Origin: an uncultured Chitinophagaceae bacterium
GTDB taxonomy: Bacteria; Bacteroidota; Bacteroidia; Chitinophagales; Chitinophagaceae
Direction: 5' to 3'
Assembly: GCA_963808065.1 (NCBI GenBank)
Contig: CAWEEK010000005.1
Span: 352,402 to 416,401, forward strand
Length of the DNA: 64,000 nucleotides
Shown: piece after piece, positions 55,395-64,000 of the stretch
Layout: each line of letters starts with the position of its first letter
Position numbering within the stretch: position 1 is the first letter of the stretch
Translations under genes and position numbers: made by a program
The notes under the pieces: generated by a model
What the model saw: only the letters and a program-made list of their open reading frames with translations
Database searches by the model: none
What the model was told of the DNA's origin: nothing

Positions 55395-56378
55395 TTACAC
55401 CACGGATATGATCTGGTCGCTCTCGTAACGTGGGGACCGGGCCACTTTGAATTCTTCGGGAAGGTGACCGCACCCGATAAACATGGTTGCCACTTCTGAA
55501 TCCGGGATCTTGCAAAGCGCCCTGATCCGGTCATCCTCCTGATCTGAAACAGCGATGTAGGCGAGCGGCACGGCACCCAGCCCATAATAATGCAAACCAT
55601 AGAGAAGTCCCATGGCAAAAAGTCCTGAATTCACATAGGCTTCATTGCGCTCGGCGTACCCGTTGAATACGCTGATCTCTCCGGTGAGCAACAACAATTT
55701 ATTTATCCTGTCTCCAAATCCCCTGTTGCCTTTCTGGGCCGCAAGCACCCACTCGATCTGTTTGCTGTCGCTGATTATGTACAACCTGTTTGGCTGGCGG
55801 TTGCATGAGGAAGGGCTTTTCTTAGCGATCTCCACGGCTTTCCTGATCAGGTCAATATCAACATCTTCCTCGGTGAAATTTCTGACACTGTGACGAGAGA
55901 GCGCAAATTCCTTAAAAGGGCTGAACTGGTGTTTGAAGTATTGCTCCCTGGTAAATTCCAGCTGTTCAACCACTCCGGAAATCGTCGATCTTTCATTGAG
56001 GGTCCTGATCCTTCCACTGATATCCGAATCGATAGTGAATCCCATCTCGTTGTGCAGGGACTGGTATTTATTCAGCAGCATCACGGCATGTTTGAAATGC
56101 AGATTGCTGGTATCGTAATTCTTATCGAGGTAAAGATTGCACAGGTCGATCAGGGTTTTGATCACTTCATAACCGAAGCCTTTGCGCATAGTCGGCATGG
56201 TGAACCCTTTCTCCAGAACATGATATTTAAGTGTGATCGCGCCGAGTAGCTTTTGTTCACTGACAAGGGAGCTGATCACATTCCGGTTATAGCGATTTAT
56301 TTCGCGAGAATAGGCCTTATGTCCGGAATATACCAGTCGTACTTCCTCCGGCATGAGCCTCTTAACTAAATTTTTCAA
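55395..56378 (-). CDS. Nitroreductase-family protein
   Basis: RHSVRNFTEEDV..., SPSSCNRQPNRLY. The C-terminal nitroreductase fold follows an extra N-terminal domain. Confidence 0.65.
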   Translation of the reverse strand: MKNLVKRLMPEEVRLVYSGHKAYSREINRYNRNVISSLVSEQKLLGAITLKYHVLEKGFTMPTMRKGFGYEVIKTLIDLCNLYLDKNYDTSNLHFKHAVMLLNKYQSLHNEMGFTIDSDISGRIRTLNERSTISGVVEQLEFTREQYFKHQFSPFKEFALSRHSVRNFTEEDVDIDLIRKAVEIAKKSPSSCNRQPNRLYIISDSKQIEWVLAAQKGNRGFGDRINKLLLLTGEISVFNGYAERNEAYVNSGLFAMGLLYGLHYYGLGAVPLAYIAVSDQEDDRIRALCKIPDSEVATMFIGCGHLPEEFKVARSPRYESDQIISVV

Positions 56379-56392
56379 GGTGTTTCATTTGG

Positions 56393-56947
56393 TTAGATGA
56401 TATGCTGCTTATAATAAGGAACATATTTATAATTTTTCTCCTCCCGGGTTCCAATCTGCTTGGCCGGCACACCACCGACAATGGCGAATGGTGGAACATT
56501 TTTCGTTACCACTGCACCAGTAGCCACAACTGCACCCCTGCCAATGGTTACGCCTGGCAGGATCACTGCCCGGGAACAGATCCATACATATTCCTCAATG
56601 ATCACCTTGTCTCCCACGGTTTTGAAATTGAGGTCGTTGTGATCATGATGCAGGGTCCAGATGATCGCTTCCGAAGCGATCGTAACATTTTTTCCGATGA
56701 GCAATCCTTTTCTTGCGTCGAGCAATACCCGACGCCCGATGGAACAACCATCTTCAATAACCAGCCCAGGCGGATTCCTGATCTCGAATCCCCCAAACAT
56801 GGCCACCTTGCCAATTCTGGCGCCCATGACCAGTAATAACAATTTCCTTACCGTTCTTGATGGAAAGCCCGAAATGATAATGTTAATAAAATAATATACC
56901 AGGGATTCCTTCCATTCCAGGTAATAATTCCTGAGTTTCTTTTTCAT
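56393..56947 (-). CDS. Hexapeptide-repeat O-acetyltransferase (WcaF-like)
   Basis: Left-handed beta-helix repeats ([39 protein letters not shown]). Confidence 0.8.
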   Translation of the reverse strand: MKKKLRNYYLEWKESLVYYFINIIISGFPSRTVRKLLLLVMGARIGKVAMFGGFEIRNPPGLVIEDGCSIGRRVLLDARKGLLIGKNVTIASEAIIWTLHHDHNDLNFKTVGDKVIIEEYVWICSRAVILPGVTIGRGAVVATGAVVTKNVPPFAIVGGVPAKQIGTREEKNYKYVPYYKQHII

Positions 56948-56954
56948 TTGGCGG

Positions 56955-58517
56955 CTACAACGGTTTGATTTTGAGTTTCTGTTTCAATTTCCCGGAAATC
57001 GACCGGAATATGCCACGAAGCTTTTCCTTGTCATCCCTGCTCAGGCCCAGCATCCACAACCCCACCCCATAGCTGGCCAGGAAAACGATCACGGTAAGGC
57101 ATAGCCGTACAAAGGATTCGTGACCTATAAGGTAGGGAATTATCGAAGCAATTCCCGCGGAGATGGATAAAGCGAGCGTGGCCCTCAAAACCACGTTTTT
57201 CAGAAATTTTCCAATCAGAAGCCCCGTAAATCTTTTGGCAAAATACAGGCGAGCCACAAGGGCAACCACCTCGATGATGATTGCGATAATGAGCACGCTG
57301 AAAGCTGGAAAGCCAAATTTCAGGAAAACATAGGAGATCGGAATATTGAGCAGCATCAGGATACTGATGGTGACCGTATAACCCTTGATCCTGCCCACCG
57401 ATTGCATGGAGGTCATTATACCACTGGACAACTGGTTGATCAGCGACACAATCAGTATCAGCTTACAGAATGCCACGGCATAGGGTGGTACGTTTTTCAG
57501 CCACAGGTCGAGTACATAGGGCATTTCCACGATTAAAGGGACAGTGAACAGTCCCAGCAGGAAAAAGGAAAACTTGCTCGCCGTCATCGCCAGTTTCAGC
57601 ATCCGCTCCCTGTCTCCCTGTCCTTCGCTCTTGATGATCTGCGGGTTCATCGCTTTCAGCATGTTCGATGAGAAAGCATTGATCTGCGAATTGACCTGGT
57701 AGGCGATTCCATAGCCGGCGTTGACAATGGTGCCAAAAAACAGGTTGAGGATTATGGCAATTCCCTGGGTACTGCCCACCTGCATTACCGCTCCGAAGGT
57801 GTTCCAGCCGGCAAAGGAAAAGATACTCCTGAAGGTCTGCCGGTCGAATTCAAACTTCAGATAGCTGAATTTACATTCCGGATAATGCCTTACACAATAC
57901 GTGCTTTTAATAATCCTGATTATCACGGTCAGCACCGCGATCAACGCGCCATACAGGATCAGCCGGTCCGTAGTGGTAAAGGCCAGTCCGTAGGCAATAA
58001 TGAATTTAAGCACCGCTTCCAGGATGCCTGTAATGGCATCGAATATCATGTTCTCATGGGCGATGATGGCGGCATCGTATGGAACGGCGTTTACGGTGAA
58101 AAAGGTGGAGATCACCATGAACTGAAATACGATCTTGGCCGCGTGGACCCGGTTGAGCGGGATCGATAAAACGTGATTGAAGAGATAGACTCCGCCCAGC
58201 TCGAGGATGAGAACGATGATCAGTCCGATCAATAAATGAAGCCAGATGCTGGAATGGAAGATCTGTTTTACTCTTGCAGCGCTGCCGGGGCCACTACCCA
58301 TGTTATAGGAAAGGTACCTCTGGGTGGAAATGGCCATGGCCGTGTTGAGGAAAGAAAGCATGGTCACCACCCCGGCCACGAGGTTGTAGACTCCATAGTC
58401 GGAAACCCCCAGCGCGGCCAGCACGAACCTGGTCGAATAAAGGGTTAAGCCGATCGTAACCAACATCTTCGCGTAGAGGATGCCGGTATTGAATACCACC
58501 CTGTTCGCTACACGCAT
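56955..58517 (-). CDS. wzx: Wzx-type polysaccharide flippase (MOP superfamily)
   Basis: 520 aa with about 14 TM helices, in EPS locus context. Confidence 0.75.
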   Translation of the reverse strand: MRVANRVVFNTGILYAKMLVTIGLTLYSTRFVLAALGVSDYGVYNLVAGVVTMLSFLNTAMAISTQRYLSYNMGSGPGSAARVKQIFHSSIWLHLLIGLIIVLILELGGVYLFNHVLSIPLNRVHAAKIVFQFMVISTFFTVNAVPYDAAIIAHENMIFDAITGILEAVLKFIIAYGLAFTTTDRLILYGALIAVLTVIIRIIKSTYCVRHYPECKFSYLKFEFDRQTFRSIFSFAGWNTFGAVMQVGSTQGIAIILNLFFGTIVNAGYGIAYQVNSQINAFSSNMLKAMNPQIIKSEGQGDRERMLKLAMTASKFSFFLLGLFTVPLIVEMPYVLDLWLKNVPPYAVAFCKLILIVSLINQLSSGIMTSMQSVGRIKGYTVTISILMLLNIPISYVFLKFGFPAFSVLIIAIIIEVVALVARLYFAKRFTGLLIGKFLKNVVLRATLALSISAGIASIIPYLIGHESFVRLCLTVIVFLASYGVGLWMLGLSRDDKEKLRGIFRSISGKLKQKLKIKPL

Positions 58518-58553
58518 AATGCCGGTCCGCTCCTGATTCTGATTTGCGAGGAA

Positions 58554-60905
58554 TTAAACTGTTTTCTTAATAATGGTTTTGCCCCCCGCAGAAACCTTGG
58601 TTTCTTCTCCATATCCATAGCCGTATCCATAACCATAGCCATATCCATAACCACCCTTGCCAAATCCACGATTCTTGACCCCATTAAATACAATCGCCAT
58701 ATTCTTCAGCACCCTCACCTTGTCCTTCTGGTTTATGGTCTTGAGTAATGATTTAGGTGTGATGCCATGGCGCACCACATAGATCGTGGCGTCGCAGAGT
58801 GGTGAAACAATGTAGGCATCGGTCACCGGGCTCACCGGAGCGCAGTCAACGATGATAAAATCAAATCTTGTTTCAAGCATGGCAAAGAGTTCACCAAGCC
58901 TGCCGTTCATGATCAGTTCGGAAGGATTGGGAGGTATCGGTCCCGAAGGAATGATGTAGAGATTGTCGTTCATCTTCACCTTCCTGATGATTTGTTCCGG
59001 CTCCTTGTCGCCGATCAGGTAGTTCGAAATTCCAGCGTCGGCCCGGATGCCGAATGAGGCACTCAACCTTGGTTTTCTCAAATCAAGTTCGATGAGCACT
59101 ACCTTCTTATCCGTAAGCGCAAGTGTTACTCCCAGGTTCGCGGCAACAAAACTTTTTCCCTCCCCTGAAATGCTGGACGTGAGCAATAATTTCTTGTGCC
59201 GCGAATTGATTCCGACATAGGTTAGCGAAGTGCGAAGCTGCCTGAATTGTTCGGCAATGATGTTCCTGTTGCCCTGTTGGACCACGATCGGACTCTTGGA
59301 TATGTCGTGCGTGATCTCTCCCACAATAGGGGCCGAAGTGATCGCCTCTATTTCCGTGCGGAAAAGAATATTGGGATTCATCAGCTCTCGTATGCTTACG
59401 GACATGATGCCAAGAAAAATGGCAGCCGCGATGCCGATGAGTACAACCAGGGGCATTTTTGGACTAATGGGCTTGATGGTAGAATGCGCTCGGTCCACAA
59501 GCCGGCTGTCGGCAACAGTCGAAGCCAGCGACAGCGCTGTTTCCTCCCTTTTTTGCAGCAGGAAGGTGTAGATGTTGTTCTTAATGGCTTGCTGGCGACT
59601 GATGGACACCAGTTCCCTTTCCTTCAGAGGTATCGTGCTGAGGATCGAGTTGTACCTGTTCCTTTCAACATTAACAGTGGCATTCCCGATCTCCAGGCTT
59701 TTCTTCTGGGTCCGGATGTTTTCAATGATCTTGGGTTTTAGCACAGCAATCTCATCCTGCAGTGCGATGATCACCGGGTTGTTGTCGGCTGTTGTTTTTC
59801 TGAGGCCTTCGTACTTCAGTTCAGCTGTGTACAATCTTTCCAGCAATCCTTCGAGCATAGGGTCGGAAACACCAAGGCTGGAAGGGACGATGCCACTTTT
59901 TTCGGATTTTCCCAACACATATTTCTGAACCTCGTCAAGGACCGCCAGCTGCACTGTATTCTTACTTACTTCCTCATCCGTTTTGCCCACGGTTTCCAGG
60001 AAGAGCTTTCCCTGTTCGCTGATGTCTACGATGCTGTTCTTGTTCTTATATCGCTGAATTTGCCTTTCGACAGAGTCCAGTTCTTTTACCACATAGGTCA
60101 ACCTGTTGTTGACAAAATTCAGGGTGTTGGTGCCAAGTGTATTCTTATCTTCCACCGCGGCTTTGTTGTATACAGAGACCACTTCATCCAGAATATTTTC
60201 CGCGCGCTTATGGATCGCGTCCTTCAAAGTAAGATAAATGATGGTCGCCTGTTTACTAGGCGCCTCCACTTCCATCCTTTCAAGCAGGTCTGAAGCCACT
60301 CGGTAAACACTGGACAATGAAAAATAAAAAGGCCGGCCCTCATTAGTAGCGACGTACTGAGGATTGGGTATGAACCGGAGGGTCCCGTATTTGGTCCAGA
60401 ACCATTTATTGAGAGAGAATTCCTGTTTGTCCATGGCAACCACCTGCCTGTCGAAATCGTACTGATAATACTTCTTCTTCACTTCCCGCAGCGTATCCGG
60501 ATTTTTTGCTTCAACAAGAACTGGTGAAGTCAGATAAGCGGAAGCATCAAACAATCTGCCTTCCTGCATCACTGGCGCATAGAGCCGGAGATTTCTTACT
60601 GCCTCGCTGGTGAGTTCCACAGACTTGATCACTTCAATTTCATTCTCCACGATCTTTTTGGATCCGAACAAGTCGAGTGATTCCATGATCTTGGATTCGT
60701 CGAGTCCTTTCTTTTCATCCTTTACCAAAATCTTTGCTGAACTCTGATAAATGGGCGTCGCGTAGCGCAGGTAAAGAAATGACATCCCCAGACTGCATAT
60801 TATCAGAACAAGAAATAGTGGCCAGAACGGGAGATAGCGTGACAGAATCTCGCTAAATACATTTTCCGAACTGTCAAATTCTTCTTCAAAATTTTCTGGT
60901 CTCAT
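58554..60905 (-). CDS. wzc: Wzc-like chain-length determinant / BY-tyrosine kinase
   Basis: N-terminal Wzz domain with 2 TM helices, Walker A SSISGEGKSFVAANLG, Walker A' and B (LIELDLRK, IIVDCAP), and a C-terminal (GY)7 tyrosine cluster. Confidence 0.85.
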   Translation of the reverse strand: MRPENFEEEFDSSENVFSEILSRYLPFWPLFLVLIICSLGMSFLYLRYATPIYQSSAKILVKDEKKGLDESKIMESLDLFGSKKIVENEIEVIKSVELTSEAVRNLRLYAPVMQEGRLFDASAYLTSPVLVEAKNPDTLREVKKKYYQYDFDRQVVAMDKQEFSLNKWFWTKYGTLRFIPNPQYVATNEGRPFYFSLSSVYRVASDLLERMEVEAPSKQATIIYLTLKDAIHKRAENILDEVVSVYNKAAVEDKNTLGTNTLNFVNNRLTYVVKELDSVERQIQRYKNKNSIVDISEQGKLFLETVGKTDEEVSKNTVQLAVLDEVQKYVLGKSEKSGIVPSSLGVSDPMLEGLLERLYTAELKYEGLRKTTADNNPVIIALQDEIAVLKPKIIENIRTQKKSLEIGNATVNVERNRYNSILSTIPLKERELVSISRQQAIKNNIYTFLLQKREETALSLASTVADSRLVDRAHSTIKPISPKMPLVVLIGIAAAIFLGIMSVSIRELMNPNILFRTEIEAITSAPIVGEITHDISKSPIVVQQGNRNIIAEQFRQLRTSLTYVGINSRHKKLLLTSSISGEGKSFVAANLGVTLALTDKKVVLIELDLRKPRLSASFGIRADAGISNYLIGDKEPEQIIRKVKMNDNLYIIPSGPIPPNPSELIMNGRLGELFAMLETRFDFIIVDCAPVSPVTDAYIVSPLCDATIYVVRHGITPKSLLKTINQKDKVRVLKNMAIVFNGVKNRGFGKGGYGYGYGYGYGYGYGEETKVSAGGKTIIKKTV

Positions 60906-61437
60906 ACGAATTATTAAATGATCAGATAAGAAATCAAATTGCCTGGCCGGAACTCAGCCACACCTCCTGCAAGAACCTTTCCGTTTTCCGACAGGAAGCT
61001 TTTTTTATTCTGTAAGTGACATGCCTCATCTTGCAAAGCTTCGCCCCTCTCAGTCACACCTGAGCCACGGATACGGCAGAGTAACGCTGGAAAATTTAAC
61101 AACGACTGGCGGGAGAGTGTTCAGGCAAAAGCCGTAAACCGGTGGCAAGCAATTGATAAGGCTGTCGTAATTAAACACCAATGATCAATTGGGATTCTTA
61201 GGAATGGGTTGCACTAACATTGCAATAATATTGGCAAATGGCAAGCCCGCAAAATTAAAAAGTTGAATGTTCAGAAAATGTGCATTATATCCAAAAATCA
61301 CTGAACATTACTGCATTGCACATAGTGATAAAGCAATATGCAGGCCAATTTACGAAACTATTTTTTAGATAGAGAAACCTATCGATTTGTTAAAAGGCAT
61401 AATAATTGACCTGTATAGAGAAGATTTCAATTCAAGT

Positions 61438-61809
61438 ATGTCCGACACAACAAAAACTACTCTGGTCCTTGGTGCCTCAAACAACCCGTCCCGGTACAGC
61501 AATATGGCTGTTACCCGTTTGCGGGCGCACCATCACCCGGTAGTGGCGATAGGAAAAAGATCAGGTGTGGTGGCCGACACAAATCTGGAAACCGAAACAC
61601 GCCGCATTGAAAACCTCGATACGGTTACCCTCTATCTGAATCCAGTGAATCAGCGGGAGTATTATAATTATATACTTGCATTGAAACCAAAAAGGATAAT
61701 TTTTAATCCGGGAGCTGAAAATGAGGAGCTTGCAGAGTTGGCCAGGTTGAAAGGGATAAAAGCGCTGGACGCATGTACGCTGGTTTTGCTAAGTACAGGT
61801 CAATACTAG
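61438..61809 (+). CDS. CoA-binding domain protein (YccU-like)
   Basis: TTLVLGASNNPSRYSNMAVTRLRAHHHPVVAIGKR. I used the internal Met of track ORF 61387-61809. Confidence 0.65.
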   Translation: MSDTTKTTLVLGASNNPSRYSNMAVTRLRAHHHPVVAIGKRSGVVADTNLETETRRIENLDTVTLYLNPVNQREYYNYILALKPKRIIFNPGAENEELAELARLKGIKALDACTLVLLSTGQY

Positions 61810-61983
61810 ACTAGCGGTAAGCAGAAACCATTAATGACGCAGAATACTACTAAAGTGGGGCAAAAGAAATTTGGAGCGATTAGCTTATTAGTTGTAACTC
61901 TGTAATCTCCGCTACTCTTTACTATCCAATAATCTCTCCGTACCGAACAAAGTATCCAGATTTCGTGAAATTATTCCGCTAAA

Positions 61984-62445
61984 ATGAAACACACACTAAT
62001 GCTATGCCTGTGTGCGATTTTTTTGGTGCACGGTTCGTTATGCGCCCAAAAATCTCCACTGGCTCTCAATCCAAACAGAATTGAGAAACCTTTACTTTTT
62101 GCGGCCCTTCCGGAAGTGTCCGAGATTGGGGCGGATGCCATCCGGCAGTTATTGGGTACTGCCGAAAATGAGCAAATTAATATACAATTATCTAGCCAAA
62201 TTCATCTAAAGGGCCAAATTGTTGCAAAAAATCAGCAGATTCCGGGCACTTTTTCGATAAACATCAAGGCGGAGAACTATCACAACGCGCTTTTTAACCT
62301 AACCGTCCGTCTTCTGGCGGACAACACCCTTTCCTTCCAGGGACGAATCCTTCATCCCAGGTATGGCGATGCCCTGGTGCTGACCAGAGAAAACAACCGC
62401 TACTATTTCCGGAAACGGCCACTCAAACTTTATATGCCCGAATAA
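61984..62445 (+). CDS. Secreted hypothetical protein
   Basis: Signal peptide MKHTLMLCLCAIFLVHGSLCAQ. 153 aa. Confidence 0.5.
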   Translation: MKHTLMLCLCAIFLVHGSLCAQKSPLALNPNRIEKPLLFAALPEVSEIGADAIRQLLGTAENEQINIQLSSQIHLKGQIVAKNQQIPGTFSINIKAENYHNALFNLTVRLLADNTLSFQGRILHPRYGDALVLTRENNRYYFRKRPLKLYMPE

Positions 62446-62462
62446 CCTTTATCTCTCTGAAC

Positions 62463-64000
62463 ATGAACCTCCGCAACTGCTTATCCATTCATTTTATCAT
62501 AACCACGGTGGTTACGCTGACCTCGGTTTCTGCAACTTCGCAGATTCCCAAGTACAACAGCTACCCAAGTGCTCCCGCAACAGTTTATCTTGATTTTGAT
62601 GGCGAAACAGTAGCGGGCACCAGTTGGAACTGGGACAGCACCATTCACGCGGTTCCGTCGGGCGTCATTCAACCCGGAATTACTGAGGTGTTCAACAGGG
62701 TGGCAGAAGACTATCGCATCTTCAACCTGAACATCACCACGGATCCTGCCGTTTATGACAGAGCCCCAATAGCAAAGCGTGTTCGTATCATCCTTACCCC
62801 CACCTCCAACTGGTATGGCATCGCAGGCGGTGTTGCTTTTGTAAATTCGTTTGTCTGGGGCGATGGCACGCCAGCCTGGGTATTTACCGATCAGCTCCAG
62901 TACAACCCAAAATATGTTGCCGAAGCCGCTTCTCACGAGATCGGACATACCCTCGGTCTCCAGCATCAGAGTACCTACGACCAGAACTGCCAGCTAATAA
63001 ATGAGTATGCTGAAGGCAAGGGTGAAGGCGAAATCGGCTGGGCTCCAATTATGGGTGTAGGTTATTACAAAAATCAAACAACCTGGCACACAGGACCAAG
63101 CATCATTGCCTGCAACGATATACAGAACGACATTGACATTGTGGCCAACGGGATGAATGAGATTGGTCTCCGGCCAGACGAATATGGCAATACCCTTCCA
63201 TCAGCCCGCCCGGTTATCCTCAACGGAAATAATTTCCATATGTCGGGCATCATCAGCACCGCCACCGACGTCGACGTTTTTAAGGTGACCTATATCAGAA
63301 CGGGTAACCTGAAAGTGCAGGTCATTCCGAATAATGTGGGTACAGGCAACGAGGGAGCCAACCTCGATCTGAAGATCAGCCTGGTAAAAAGCAACGGTGA
63401 CACGATTGGCCGGTATAATCCGAAATTTACTCTCGGTGCAACACTTGACACCAACCTGGTGGCCGGCGCCTATTATATCGTCATCGACGGTGCTGAAAAC
63501 CAGAACGCCAAAAATTACAGCAGCCGGGGTTATTTTAATATGTACGGGTCCATTGTGCTTACGCCGCTGCAGGTGAATCGCATCATCCTTACAGGCGCGG
63601 TCCAAAAGACTGTCCACGCATTCAACTGGACGCTGGAAGCGGTTGACTCGATCGCCGGTCCCATCCTTGAAAGTTCCCACGACGGGGCCAATTACCAGGC
63701 AGTGAGCACCCTTATACCGATCCAACATCGGTTCAGCTATATACCCATGCAAAAAGGACCTCTGTACTATCGCCTGAAGGTCCAGGATCCAGGAGAGGAT
63801 AAAGCGATTTATTATTCCAATGTAATCACACTTGATACAGAGACACCTGCTCAGGTTACTTCATTGCTCTCCACCAGCATACATGGTTCGGCAACGATAA
63901 CGGTTGGCAGCGATCACGCATACCAGTTGTTTGACGAAACGGGAAGGCTGTTGCAGAAGGGCAAACTCTCGGCGGGCATCAATATGGTTTCTATACAAAC
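62463..64000 (+). CDS. Secreted zinc metalloprotease (metzincin/reprolysin-like) with a probable T9SS C-terminal sorting domain. The 3' end lies beyond the window.
   Basis: Absent from the ORF track, presumably because the stop lies outside the window. I translated 512 codons without a stop. Signal peptide MNLRNCLSIHFIITTVVTLTSVSA, zinc motif HEIGHTLGLQH, and a tail (YQLFDETGRLLQKGKLSAGINMVSIQ) resembling a T9SS CTD. Confidence 0.75.
   Translation, partial: MNLRNCLSIHFIITTVVTLTSVSATSQIPKYNSYPSAPATVYLDFDGETVAGTSWNWDSTIHAVPSGVIQPGITEVFNRVAEDYRIFNLNITTDPAVYDRAPIAKRVRIILTPTSNWYGIAGGVAFVNSFVWGDGTPAWVFTDQLQYNPKYVAEAASHEIGHTLGLQHQSTYDQNCQLINEYAEGKGEGEIGWAPIMGVGYYKNQTTWHTGPSIIACNDIQNDIDIVANGMNEIGLRPDEYGNTLPSARPVILNGNNFHMSGIISTATDVDVFKVTYIRTGNLKVQVIPNNVGTGNEGANLDLKISLVKSNGDTIGRYNPKFTLGATLDTNLVAGAYYIVIDGAENQNAKNYSSRGYFNMYGSIVLTPLQVNRIILTGAVQKTVHAFNWTLEAVDSIAGPILESSHDGANYQAVSTLIPIQHRFSYIPMQKGPLYYRLKVQDPGEDKAIYYSNVITLDTETPAQVTSLLSTSIHGSATITVGSDHAYQLFDETGRLLQKGKLSAGINMVSIQ

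Noticed and set aside
58609-58653. The GY repeat might be a slipped-strand phase-variation microsatellite.
   Set aside because: Codon usage within the repeat is heterogeneous, so there is no perfect DNA microsatellite to slip.
60914-61102. The 62-aa ORF in the wzc upstream leader.
   Set aside because: It has no start context, unremarkable composition and lies within a likely 5' UTR. I saw no supporting features.

Overview
This is a Bacteroidota-like chromosomal segment. The phylum guess rests on a T9SS-type C-terminal domain, a LytTR regulator and the Wzx/Wzy polysaccharide locus; no rRNA is present to confirm it. There are four blocks.

(1) 1-28.7 kb holds nitrogen and amino-acid metabolism genes: thrA, ppc, a porin with amtB, a GH32-like hydrolase, gltBD, and a minus-strand leuA-leuC-leuD-leuB / ilvD-ilvB-ilvN-ilvC-ilvA cluster. 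Most of these biosynthetic genes are split into many frame-shifted ORF fragments. Interspersed genes (porin, amtB, GH32-like, leuC, leuD) and almost everything beyond 28.9 kb are intact. A textbook Val/Ile/Leu-rich leader peptide plus terminator/antiterminator sits between leuB and ilvD.

(2) 28.9-37.2 kb holds a hybrid histidine kinase divergent from an Hpt-LytTR response-regulator operon. Directly downstream is a ~2 kb non-coding region made of three tandem modules. Each module has a ~130 nt head, a 21-22 bp tandem array, a 50 bp tandem array and a tail ending in a hairpin terminator. Two secreted ferritin-like proteins follow. This repeat region is the most unusual thing I can see and the best candidate for something undescribed. 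Its function is not established here.

(3) 37.4-45.5 kb holds housekeeping genes: lysA, scpB, a solitary atpG, surE, lpxB, a second surE, a lipid kinase and small membrane proteins.

(4) 45.6-60.9 kb is a Wzx/Wzy-type exopolysaccharide locus, followed by a CoA-binding protein, a secreted hypothetical protein, and a metzincin-type protease that runs off the window and is missing from the ORF track.

I found no rRNA, tRNA, CRISPR, transposase or prophage genes.
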